From the NCBI GenBank assembly GCA_964016885.1, contig OZ024740.1:3844001-3908000 (forward strand): 64,000 bases of DNA, given 5' to 3'. The notes under the pieces were generated by a model. That model was not told the origin of the DNA and made no database searches. It worked only from the letters and a program-made list of their open reading frames with translations. Positions 51,301-64,000 of the stretch are shown in pieces. Each line of letters starts with the position of its first letter. Positions within the stretch are counted from its first letter, which is position 1. This DNA comes from Eledone cirrhosa. Its lineage: Eukaryota. A program made the position numbers and the translations under genes.

Positions 51301-54300
51301 GTGACATCCATGTAACTAGTAAGTAAAGACTCCGCTAGGTCTGTTAGTGACATCCATGTAACTAGTAAGTAAAGACTCCCCTAGGACTGTTAGTGACATC
51401 CATGTAACTAGTAAGTAAAGACTCCCCTAGGTCTGTTAGTGACATCCATGTAACTAGTAAGTAAAGACTCCCTCTAGGACTGTTAGTGACATCCATGTAA
51501 CTAGTAAGTAAAGACTCCCTCCAGGACTGTTAGTGACATCCATGTAACTAGTTAGTAAAGACTCCCCCCAGGACTGTTAGTGACATCCATGTAACTAGTA
51601 AGTAAAGACTCCCCCCAGGTCTGTTAGTGACATCCATGTAACTAGTAAGTAAAGACTCCCCCCAGGTCTGTTAGTGACATCCATGTAACTAGTAAGTAAA
51701 GACTCCACCCAGGTCTGTTAGTGACATCCATGTAACTAGTAAGTAAAGACTCCTCTAGGTCTGTTAGTGACATCCATGTAACTAGTAAGTAAAGACTCCC
51801 CCCAGGTCTGTTAGTGACATCCATGTAACTAGTAAGTAAAGACTCCTCTAGGTCTGTTAGTGACATCCATGTAACTAGTAAGTAAAGACTCCCCCCAGGT
51901 CTGTTAGTGACATCCATGTAACTAGTAAGTAAAGACTCCCTCTAGGACTGTTAGTGACATCCATGTAACTAGTAAGTAAAGACTCCTCTAGGACTGTTAC
52001 TGACATCCATGTAACTAGTAAGTAAGGACTCCTCTAGGACTGTTACTGACATCCATGTAACTAGTAAGTAAAGACTCCCTCTAGGACTGTTAGTGACATC
52101 CATGTAACTAGTAAGTAAAGACTCCTCTAGGACTGTTACTGACATCCATGTAACTAGTAAGTAAAGACTCCTCTAGGACTGTTACTGACATCCATGTAAC
52201 TAGTAAGTAAAGACTCCCCCCAGGACTGTTAGTGACATCCATGTAACTAGTAAGTAAAGACTCCCTCTAGGACTGTTAGTGACATCCATGTAACTAGTAA
52301 GTAAATACTCCTCTAGGTCTGTTAGTGATATCCATGTAACTAGTAAGTAAAGACTCCCCCCAGGTCTGTTAGTGACATCCATGTAACTAGCAAGTAAATA
52401 CTCCTCTAGGACTGTTACTGACATCCATGTAACTAGTAAGTAAAGACTCCCTCTAGGACTGTTAGTGACATCCATGTAACTAGTAAGTAAAGACTCCCCC
52501 CAGGTCTGTTAGTGACATCCATGTAACTAGTAAGTAAAGACTCCCCCCAGGACTGTTAGTGACATCCATGTAACTAGTAAGTAAAGACTCCCTCTAGGAC
52601 TGTTAGTGACATCCATGTAACTAGTAAGTAAAGACTCCTCTAGGTCTGTTAGTGACATCCATGTAACTAGTAAGTAAAGACTCCTCTAGGACTGTTAGTG
52701 ACATCCATGTAACTAGTAAGTAAAGACTCCTCTAGGACTGTTAGTGACATCCATGTAACTAGCAAGTAAAGACTCCTCTAGGACTGTTAGTGACATCCAT
52801 GTAACTAGTAAGTAAAGACTCACTCTAGGACTGTTAGTGACATCCATGTAACTAGTAAGTAAAGTCTCCCCCTAGGACTGTTGGTGACATCCATGTAACT
52901 AGTAAGTAAAGACTCCCCCTAGGACTGTTAGTGACAACCATGTAACTAGTAAGTAAAGACTCCCCCCAGGAATGTTGGTGACATCCATGTAACTAGTAAG
53001 TAAAGACTCCCCCCAGGACTGTTGGTGACAACCATGTAACTAGTAAGTAAAGACTCCCCTAGGACTGTTAGTGACATCCATTTAACTAGTAAGTAAAGAA
53101 TCACCCCAGGACTGTTGGTGACATCCATGTAACTAGTAAGTAAAGACTCCACCCAGGAATGTTAGTGACAACCATGTAACTAGTAAGTAAAGACTCCCTC
53201 TAAGACTGTTAGTGACATCCATGTAACTAGTAAGTAAAGACTCCCCCCAGGACTGTTGGTGACATCCATGTAACTAGTAAGTAAAGACTCCCCCCAGGAA
53301 TGTTAGTGACATCCATGTAACTAGTAAGTAAAGACTCCCACTAGGACTGATAGTGACATCCATGTAACTAGTAAAGTAAAGACTCCCCCAGGACTGTTAG
53401 TGACATCCATGTAACTAGTAAGTAAAGACTCCCCCCAGGACTGTTAGTGACATCCATGTAACTAGTAAGTAAAGACTCCCACCAGGAATGTTAGTGACAT
53501 CCATGTAACGACTAAGTAAAGACTCCCCCCAGGTCTGTTAGTGACATCCATGTAACTAGTAAGTAAAGACTCCGCTAGGTCTGTTAGTGACATCCATGTA
53601 ACTAGTAAGTAAAGACTCCCCCTAGGACTGTTAGTGACATCCATGTAACTAGTAAAGTAAAGACTCCCCCAGGACTGTTAGTGACATCCATGTAACTAGT
53701 AAGTAAAGACTCCCCCCAGGACTGTTAGTGACATCCATGTAACTAGTAAGTAAAGACTCCCCCCAGGAATGTTAGTGACATCCATGTAACTAGTAAGTAA
53801 AGACTCCCCCCAGGACTGTTAGTGATATCCATGTAACTAGTAAGTAAAGACTCACCCCAGGACTGTTAGTGACATCCATGTAACTAGTAAGTAAAGACTC
53901 CCTCTAGGACTGTTAGTGACATCCATGTAACTAGTAAGTAAAGACGCCCCCCAGGAATGTTAGTGACATCCATGTAACTAGTAAGTAAATACTCCACTAG
54001 GACTGTTAGTGACATCCATGTAACTAGTAAGTAAAGACTCCCCCAGGACTGTTAGTGACATCCATGTAACTAGAAAGTAAAGACTCCCCCCAGGACTGTT
54101 GGTGACATCCATGTAACTAGTATGTAAAGACTCCCCCCAGGAATGTTAGTGACATCCATGTAACTAGTAAGTAAAGACTCCCCCAGGACTGTTAGTGACA
54201 TCCATGTAACTAGTAAGTAAAGACTCCCCCCAGGACTGTTAGTGACATCCATGTAACTAGTAAGTAAAGACTCCCCTAGGACTGTTACTGACATCCATGT

Positions 54301-57300
54301 AACTAGTAAGTAAAGACTCCACTAGGTCTGTTAGTGACATCCATGTAACTAGTAAGTAAAGACTACCCCTAGGACTGTTAGTGACATCCATGTTACTAGT
54401 AAGTAAAGACTCCCCCCAGGTCTGTTAGTGACATCCATGTAACTAGTAAGTAAAGACTCCCCCCAGGTCTGTTAGTGACATCCATGTAACTAGTAAGTAA
54501 AGACTCCGCTAGGTCTGTTAGTGACATCCATGTAACTAGTAAGTAAAGACTCCGCTAGGTCTGTTAGTGACATCCATGTAACTAGTAAGTAAAGACTCCC
54601 CTAGGACTGTTAGTGACATCCCTGTAACTAGTAAGTAAAGACTCCCCTAGGTCTGTTAGTGACATCCATGTAACTAGTAAGTAAAGACTCCCTCTAGGAC
54701 TGTTAGTGACATCCATGTAACTAGTAAGTAAAGACTCCCTCCAGGACTGTTAGTGACATCCATGTAACTAGTAAGTAAAGACTCCCCCCAGGACTGTTAG
54801 TGACATCCATGTAACTAGTAAGTAAAGACTCCCCCCAGGTCTGTTAGTGACATCCATGTAACTAGTAAGTAAAGACTCCTCTAGGACTGTTAGTGACATC
54901 CATGTAACTAGTAAGTAAAGACTCCCTCTAGGACTGTTAGTGACATCCATGTAACTAGTAAGTAAAGACTCCCCCCAGGTCTGTTAGTGACATCCATGTA
55001 ACTAGTAAGTAAAGACTCCTCTAGGACTGTTACTGACATCCATGTAACTAGTAAGTAAAGACTCCCTCTAGGACTGTTAGTGACATCCATGTAACAAGTA
55101 AGTAAAGACTCCCCTCAGGTCTGTTAGTGACATCCATGTAACTAGTAAGTAAAGACTCCTCTAGGACTGTTACTGACATCCATGTAACTAGTAAGTAAAG
55201 ACTCCCTCTAGGACTGTTAGTGACATCCATGTAACTAGTAAGTAAAGACTCCCCCCAGGTCTGTTAGTGACATCCATGTAACTAGTAAGTAAAGACTCCC
55301 CCCAGGACTGTTAGTGACATCCATGTAACTAGTAAGTAAAGACTCCCTCTAGGACTGTTAGTGACATCCATGTAACTAGTAAGTAAAGACTCCTCTAGGT
55401 CTGTTAGTGACATCCATGTAACTAGTAAGTAAAGACTCCTCTAGGACTGTTAGTGACGTCCATGTAACTAGTAAGTAAAGACTCCTCTAGGACTGTTAGT
55501 GACATCCATGTAACTACCAAGTAAAGACTCCTCTAGGACTGTTAGTGACATCCATGTAACTAGTAAGTAAAGACTCACTCTAGGACTGTTAGTGACATCC
55601 ATGTAACTAGTAAGTAAAGTCTCCCCCTAGGACTGTTGGTGACATCCATGTAACTAGTAAGTAAAGACTCCCCCTAGAACTGTTAGTGACAACCATGTAA
55701 CTAGTAAGTAAAGACTCCCCCCAGGAATGTTGGTGACATCCATGTAACTAGTAAGTAAAGACTCCCCCCAGGACTGTTTGTGACATCCATGTAACTAGTA
55801 AGTAAAGACTCCCCTAGGACTGTTAGTGACATCCATTTAACTAGTAAGTAAAGAATCCCCCCAGGACTGTTGGTGACATCCATGTAACTAGTAAGTAAAG
55901 ACTCCACCCAGGAATGTTAGTGACAACCATGTAACTAGTAAGTAAAGACTCCCTCTAAGACTGTTAGTGACATCCATGTAACTAGTAAGTAAAGACTCCC
56001 CCAAGGACTGTTGGTGACATCCATGTAACTAGTAAGTAAAGACTCCCCCCAGGAATGTTAGTGACATCCATGTAACTAGTAAGTAAAGACTCCCACTAGG
56101 ACTGATAGTGACATCCATGTAACTAGTAAAGTAAAGACTCCCCCAGGACTGTTAGTGACATCCATGTAACTAGTAAGTAAAGACTCCCCCCAGGACTGTT
56201 AGTGACATCCATGTAACTAGTAAGTAAAGACTCCCCCCAGGAATGTTAGTGACATCCATGTAACGACTAAGTAAAGACTCCCCCCAGGTCTGTTAGTGAC
56301 ATCCATGTAACTAGTAAGTAAAGACTCCCCCCAGGAATGTTAGTGACATCCATGTAACGACTAAGTAAAGACTCCCCCCAGGTCTGTTAGTGACATCCAT
56401 GTAACTAGTAAGTAAAGACTCCGCTAGGTCTGTTAGTGACATCCATGTAACTAGTAAGTAAAGACTCCCCCTAGGACTGTTAGTGACATCCATGTAACTA
56501 GTAAAGTAAAGACTCCCCCAGGACTGTTAGTGACATCCATGTAACTAGTAAGTAAAGACTCCCCCCAGGACTGTTAGTGACATCCATGTAACTAGTAAGT
56601 AAAGACTCCCCCCAGGAATGTTAGTGACATCCATGTAACTAGTAAGTAAAGACTCCCCCCAGGACTGTTAGTGACATCCATGTAACTAGTAAGTAAAGAC
56701 TCACCCCAGGACTGTTAGTGACATCCATGTAACTAGTAAGTAAAGACTCCCTCTAGGACTGTTAGTGACATCCATGTAACTAGTAAGTAAAGACGCCCCC
56801 CAGGAATGTTAGTGACATCCATGTAACTAGTAAGTAAATACTCCACTAGGACTGTTAGTGACATCCATGTAACTAGTAAGTAAAGACTCCTCCAGGACTG
56901 TTATTGACATCCATGTAACTAGAAAGTAAAGACTCCCCCCAGGACTGTTGGTGACATCCATGTAACTAGTAAGTAAAGACTCCCCCCAGGAACGTTAGTG
57001 ACATCCATGTAACTAGTAAGTAAAGACTCCCCCAGGACTGTTAGTGACATCCATGTAACTAGTAAGTAAAGACTCCCCCCAGGACTGTTAGTGACATCCA
57101 TGTAACTAGTAAGTAAAGACTCCCCTAGGACTGTTAGTGACATCCATGTAACTAGTAAGTAAAGACTCCCCCTAGGACTGTTAGTGACATCCATGTTACT
57201 AGTAAGTAAAGACTCCCCCCAGGTCTGTTAGTGACATCCATGTAACTAGTAAGTAAAGACTCCCCCCAGGTCTGTTAGTGACATCCATGTAACTAGTAAG

Positions 57301-60300
57301 TAAAGACTCCGCTAGGTCTGTTAGTGACATCCATGTAACTAGTAAGTAAAGACTCCCCTAGGACTGTTAGTGACATCCCTGTAACTAGTAAGTAAAGACT
57401 CCCCTAGGTCTGTTAGTGACATCCATGTAACTAGTAAGTAAAGACTCCCTCTAGGACTGTTAGTGACATCCATGTAACTAGTAAGTAAAGACTCCCTCCA
57501 GGACTGTTAGTGACATCCATGTAACTAGTAAGTAAAGACTCCCCCCAGGACTGTTAGTGACATCCATGTAACTAGTAAGTAAAGACTCCCCCCAGGTCTG
57601 TTAGTGACATCCATGTAACTAGTAAGTAAAGACTCCTCTAGGACTGTTAGTGACATCCATGTAACTAGTAAGTAAAGACTCCCCCAGGACTGTTAGTGAC
57701 ATCCATGTAACTAGTAAGTAAAGACTCCCCCCAGGACTGTTAGTGACATCCATGTAACTAGTAAGTAAAGACTCCCCCCAGGAATGTTAGTGACATCCAT
57801 GTAACTAGTAAGTAAAGACTCCCCCCAGGACTGTTAGTGACATCCATGTAACTAGTAAGTAAAGACTCACCCCAGGACTGTTAGTGACATCCATGTAACT
57901 AGTAAGTAAAGACTCCCTCTAGGACTGTTAGTGACATCCATGTAACTAGTAAGTAAAGACGCCCCCCAGGAATGTTAGTGACATCCATGTAACTAGTAAG
58001 TAAATACTCCACTAGGACTGTTAGTGACATCCATGTAACTAGTAAGTAAAGACTCCCCCAGGACTGTTAGTGACATCCATGTAACTAGAAAGTAAAGACT
58101 CCCCCCAGGACTGTTGGTGACATCCATGTAACTAGTAAGTAAAGACTCCCCACAGGAATGTTAGTGACATCCATGTAACTAGTAAGTAAAGACTCCCCCA
58201 GGACTGTTAGTGACATCCATGTAACTAGTAAGTAAAGACTCCCCCCAGGACTGTTAGTGACATCCATGTAACTAGTAAGTAAAGACTCCCCTAGGACTGT
58301 TAGTGACATCCATGTAACTAGTAAGTAAAGACTCCCCCTAGGACTGTTAGTGACATCCATGTTACTAGTAAGTAAAGACTCCCCCCAGGTCTGTTAGTGA
58401 CATCCATGTAACTAGTAAGTAAAGACTCCCCCCAGGTCTGTTAGTGACATCCATGTAACTAGTAAGTAAAGACTCCGCTAGGTCTGTTAGTGACATCCAT
58501 GTAACTAGTAAGTAAAGACTCCCCTAGGACTGTTAGTGACATCCCTGTAACTAGTAAGTAAAGACTCCCCTAGGTCTGTTAGTGACTTCCATGTAACTAG
58601 TAAGTAAAGACTCCCTCTAGGACTGTTAGTGACATCCATGTAACTAGTAACTAAAGACTCCCTCCAGGACTGTTAGTGACATCCATGTAACTAGTAAGTA
58701 AAGACTCCCCCCAGGACTGTTAGTGACATCCATGTAACTAGTAAGTAAAGACTCCCCCCAGGTCTGTTAGTGACATCCATGTAACTAGTAAGTAAAGACT
58801 CCTCTAGGACTGTTAGTGACATCCATGTAACTAGTAAGTAAAGACTCCCTCTAGGACTGTTAGTGACATCCATGTAACTAGTAAGTAAAGACTCCCCCCA
58901 GGACTGTTGGTGACATCCATGTAACTAGTAAGTAAAGACTCCCTCTAGGACTGTTAGTGACATCCATGTAACTAGTAAGTAAATACTCCTCTAGGTCTGT
59001 TAGTGATATCCATGTAACTAGTAAGTAAAGACTCCCCCCAGGTCTGTTAGTGACATCCATGTAACTAGTAAGTAAAGACTCCTCTAGGACTGTTACTGAC
59101 ATCCATGTAACTAGTAAGTAAAGACTCCCTCTAGGACTGTTAGTGACATCCATGTAACTAGTAAGTAAAGACTCCCCCCAGGTCTGTTAGTGACATCCAT
59201 GTAACTAGTAAGTAAAGACTCCTCTAGGACTGTTACTGACATCCATGTAACTAGTAAGTAAAGACTCCCTCTAGGACTGTTAGTGACATCCATGTAACTA
59301 GTAAGTAAAGACTCCCCCCAGGTCTGTTAGTGACATCCATGTAACTAGTAAGTAAAGACTCCCCCCAGGACTGTTAGTGACATCCATGTAACTAGTAAGT
59401 AAAGACTCCCTCTAGGACTGTTAGTGACATCCATGTAACTAGTAAGTAAAGACTCCTCTAGGTCTGTTAGTGACATCCATGTAACTAGTAAGTAAAGACT
59501 CCTCTAGGACTGTTAGTGACATCCATGTAACTAGTAAGTAAAGACTCCTCTAGGACTGTTAGTGACATCCATGTAACTAGCAAGTAAAGACTCCGCTAGG
59601 ACTGTTAGTGACATCCATGTAACTAGTAAGTAAAGACTCACTCTAGGACTGTTAGTGACATCCATGTAACTAGTAAGTAAAGTCTCCCCCTAGGACTGTT
59701 GGTGACATCCATGTAACTAGTAAGTAAAGACTCCCCCTAGGACTGTTAGTGACAACCATGTAACTAGTAAGTAAAGACTCCCCCCAGGAATGTTGGTGAC
59801 ATCCATGTAACTAGTAAGTAAAGACTCCCCCCAGGACTGTTGGTGACATCCATGTAACTAGTAAGTAAAGACTCCCCTAGGACTGTTAGTGACATCCATT
59901 TAACTAGTAAGTAAAGAATTCCCCCAGGACTGTTGGTGACATCCATGTAACTAGTAAGTAAAGACTCCACCCAGGAATGTTAATGACAACCATGTAACTA
60001 GTAAGTAAAGACTCCCTCTAAGACTGTTAGTGACATCCATGTAACTAGTAAGTAAAGACAACCCCCAGGACTGTTGGTGACATCCATGTAACTAGTAAGT
60101 AAAGACTCCCCCCAGGAATGTTAGTGACATCCATGTAACTAGTAAGTAAAGACTCCCACTAGGACTGATAGTGACATCCATGTAACTAGTAAAGTAAAGA
60201 CTCCCCCAGGACTGTTAGTGACATCCATGTAACTAGTAAGTAAAGACTCCCCCCAGGACTGTTAGTGACATCCATGTAACTAGTAAGTAAAGACTCCCCC

Positions 60301-63300
60301 CAGGAATGTTAGTGACATCCATGTAACGACTAAGTAAAGACTCCCCCCAGGTCTGTTAGTGACATCCATGTAACTAGTAAGTAAAGACTCCGCTAGGTCT
60401 GTTAGTGACATCCATGTAACTAGTAAGTAAAGACTCCCCCTAGGACTGTTAGTGACATCCATGTAACTAGTAAAGTAAAGACTCCCCCAGGACTGTTAGT
60501 GACATCCATGTAACTAGTAAGTAAAGACTCCCCCCAGGACTGTTAGTGACATCCATGTAACTAGTAAGTAAAGACTCCCCCCAGGAATGTTAGTGACATC
60601 CATGTAACTAGTAAGTAAAGACTCCCCCCAGGACTGTTAGTGACATCCATGTAACTAGTAAGTAAAGACTCACCCCAGGACTGTTAGTGACATCCATGTA
60701 ACTAGTAAGTAAAGACTCCCTCTAGGACTGTTAGTGACATCCATGTAACTAGTAAGTAAAGACGCCCCCCAGGAATGTTAGTGACATCCATGTAACTAGT
60801 AAGTAAATACTCCACTAGGACTGTTAGTGACATCCATGTAACTAGTAAGTAAAGACTCCCCCAGGACTGTTAGTGACATCCATGTAACTAGAAAGTAAAG
60901 ACTCCCCCCAGGACTGTTGGTGACATCCATGTAACTAGTAAGTAAAGACTCCCCCCAGGAATGTTAGTGACATCCATGTAACTAGTAAGTAAAGACTCCC
61001 CCAGGACTGTTAGTGACATCCATGTAACTAGTAAGTAAAGACTCCCCCCAGGACTGTTAGTGACATCCATGTAACTAGTAAGTAAAGACTCCCCTAGGAC
61101 TGTTAGTGACATCCATGTAACTAGTAAGTAAAGACTCCACTAGGTCTGTTAGTGACATCCATGTAACTAGTAAGTAAAGACTCCCCCTAGGACTGTTAGT
61201 GACATCCATGTTACTAGTAAGTAAAGACTCCCCCCAGGTCTGTTAGTGACATCCATGTAACTAGTAAGTAAAGACTCCCCCAGGACTGTTAGTGACATCC
61301 ATGTAACTAGTAAGTAAAGACTCCCCCTAGGACTGTTAGTGACATCCATGTAACTAGTAAGTAAAGACTCCCCCCAGGTCTGTTAGTGACATCCATGTAA
61401 CTAGTAAGTAAAGACTCCGCTAGGTCTGTTAGTGACATCCATGTAACTAGTAAGTAAAGACTCCCCTAGGACTGTTAGTGACATCCCTGTAACTAGTAAG
61501 TAAAGACTCCCCTAGGTCTGTTAGCGACATCCATGTAACTAGTAAGTAAAGACTCCCTCTAGGACTGTTAGTGACATCCATGTAACTAGTAAGTAAAGAC
61601 TCCCTCCAGGACTGTTAGTGACATCCATGTAACTAGTAAGTAAAGACTCCCCCCAGGACTGTTAGTGACATCCATGTAACTAGTAAGTGAAGACTCCCCC
61701 CAGGTCTGTTAGTGACATCCATGTAACTAGTAAGTAAAGACTCCTCTAGGACTGTTAGTGACATCCATGTAACTAGTAAGTAAAGACTCCCTCTAGGACT
61801 GTTAGTGACATGCATGTAACTAGTAATTAAAGACTCCCCCCAGGACTGTTGGTGACATCCATGTAACTAGTAAGTAAAGACTCCCCCCAGGTCTGTTAGT
61901 GACATCCATGTAACTAGTAAGTAAAGACTCCCCCCAGGTCTGTTAGTGACATCCATGTAAATAGTAAGTAAAGACTCCACCCAGGTCTGTTAGTGACATC
62001 CATGTAACTAGTAAGTAAAGACTCCTCTAGGTCTGTTAGTGACATCCATGTAACTAGTAAGTAAAGACTTCCCCCAGGTCTGTTAGTGACATCCATGTAA
62101 CTAGTAAGTAAAGACTCCTCTAGGTCTGTTAGTGACATCCATGTAACTAGTAAGTAAAGACTCCCCCCAGGTCTGTTAGTGACATCCATGTAACTAGTAA
62201 GTAAAGACTCCCTCTAGGACTGTTAGTGACATCCATGTAACTAGTAAGTAAGGACTCCTCTAGGACTGTTACTGACATCCATGTAACTAGTAAATAAAGA
62301 CTCCCTCTAGGACTGTTAGTGACATCCATGTAACTAGTAAGTAAAGACTCCTCTAGGACTGTTACTGACATCCATGTAACTAGTAAGTAAAGACTCCTCT
62401 AGGACTGTTACTGACATCCATGTAACTAGTAAGTAAAGACTCCCCCCAGGACTGTTAGTGACATCCATGTAACTAGTAAGTAAAGACTCCCTCTAGGACT
62501 GTTAGTGACATCCATGTAACTAGTAAGTAAATACTCCTCTAGGTCTGTTAGTGATATCCATGTAACTAGTAAGTAAAGACTCCCCCCAGGTCTGTTAGTG
62601 ACATCCATGTAACTAGTAAGTAAAGACTCCTCTAGGACTGTTACTGACATCCATGTAACTAGTAAGTAAAGACTCCCTCTAGGACTGTTAGTGACATCCA
62701 TGTAACTAGTAAGTAAAGACTCCCCCCAGGTCTGTTAGTGACATCCATGTAACTAGTAAGTAAAGACCCCCCCCAGGACTGTTAGTGACATCCATGTAAC
62801 TAGTAAGTAAAGACTCCCTCTAGGACTGTTAGTGACATCCATGTAACTAGTAAGTAAAGACTCCTCTAGGACTGTTAGTGACATCCATGTAACTAGGAAG
62901 TAAAGACTCCTCTAGGACTGTTAGTGACATCCATGTAACTAGCAAGTAAAGACTCCTCTAGGACTGTTAGTGACATCCATGTAACTAGTAAGTAAAGACT
63001 CACTCTAGGACTGTTAGTGACATCCATGTAACTAGTAAGTAAAGTCTCCCCCTAGGACTGTTGGTGACATCCATGTAACTAGTAAGTAAAGACTCCCCCT
63101 AGGACTGTTAGTGACAACCATGTAACTAGTAAGTAAAGACTCCCCCCAGGAATGTTGGTGACATCCATGTAACTAGTAAGTAAAGACTCCCCCCAGGACT
63201 GTTGGTGACATCCATGTAACTAGTAAGTAAAGACTCCCCTAGGACTGTTAGTGACATCCATTTAACTAGTAAGTAAAGAATCCCCCCAGGACTGTTGGTG

Positions 63301-64000
63301 ACATCCATGTAATTAGTAAGTAAAGACTCCACCCAGGAATGTTAGTGACAACCATGTAACTAGTAAGTAAAGACTCCCTCTAAGACTGTTAGTGACATCC
63401 ATGTAACTAGTAAGTAAAGACTCCCCCCTGGACTGTTGGTGACATCCATGTAACTAGTAAGTAAAGACTCCCCCCAGGAACGTTAGTGACATCCATGTAA
63501 CTAGTAAGTAAAGACTCCCACTAGGACTGATAGTGACATCCATGTAACTAGTAAAGTAAAGACTCCCCCAGGACTGTTAGTGACATCCATGTAACTAGTA
63601 AGTAAAGACTCCCCCCAGGACTGTTAGTGACATCCATGTAACTAGTAAGTAAAGACTCCCCCCAGGAATGTTAGTGACATCCATGTAACGACTAAGTAAA
63701 GACTCCCCCCAGGTCTGTTAGTGACATCCATGTAACTAGTAAGTAAAGACTCCGCTAGGTCTGTTAGTGACATCCATGTAACTAGTAAGTAAAGACTCCC
63801 CCTAGGACTGTTAGTGACATCCATGTAACTAGTAAAGTAAAGACTCCCCCAGGACTGTTAGTGACATCCATGTAACTAGTAAGTAAAGACTCCCCCCAGG
63901 ACTGTTAGTGACATCCATGTAACTAGTAAGTAAAGACTCCCCCCAGGAATGTTAGTGACATCCATGTAACTAGTAAGTAAAGACTCCCCCCAGGACTGTT
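27381..64000. repeat. 46/47-bp satellite with higher-order repeats, roughly 780 monomers in view, open at the window end
   Basis: Consensus AACTAGTAAGTAAAGACTCCCCCCAGGACTGTTAGTGACATCCATGT. Diagnostic variant monomers recur in the same order at kb-scale intervals. Confidence 0.99.

Noticed and set aside
27492-63824. Many short minus-strand ORFs (MDVTNSPGGSLYLL...)
   Set aside because: Products of 46/47-bp frame cycling. Used only as markers of higher-order periodicity.
27404-64000. CRISPR-like array (constant part plus variable part)
   Set aside because: Variable segments are about 12 nt and are point variants of one sequence, not unique spacers. No cas genes, and the context is eukaryotic.

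Overview
Eukaryotic, repeat-dominated animal DNA, probably an octopus or other coleoid cephalopod (inferred from my recollection of the SINE and RTE tail sequences, not from a search). About 80% is tandem repeat: a 45-bp satellite (1-10520), an 11/12-bp minisatellite (22.1-24.0 kb), a 27/30-bp minisatellite (24.6-26.8 kb) and a 46/47-bp satellite with higher-order structure (27.4 kb to the window end). The 10.5-22 kb island holds an inverted SINE pair, a decayed Helitron Rep-Pif1 gene, a minimal hammerhead ribozyme in a probable Penelope-like remnant, RTE LINE fragments and microsatellites. Nearly all long ORFs in the track are repeat artefacts. Main observations: (1) the 45-bp monomer looks like the amplified tRNA-like head of the SINE it runs into; (2) the 27-bp array looks like an in-frame amplification of the 3' end plus splice donor of a small minus-strand exon; (3) two other arrays carry branch-point heptamers (TACTAAC, CACTAAC) on that same strand. 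No intact protein-coding gene is confidently identified.
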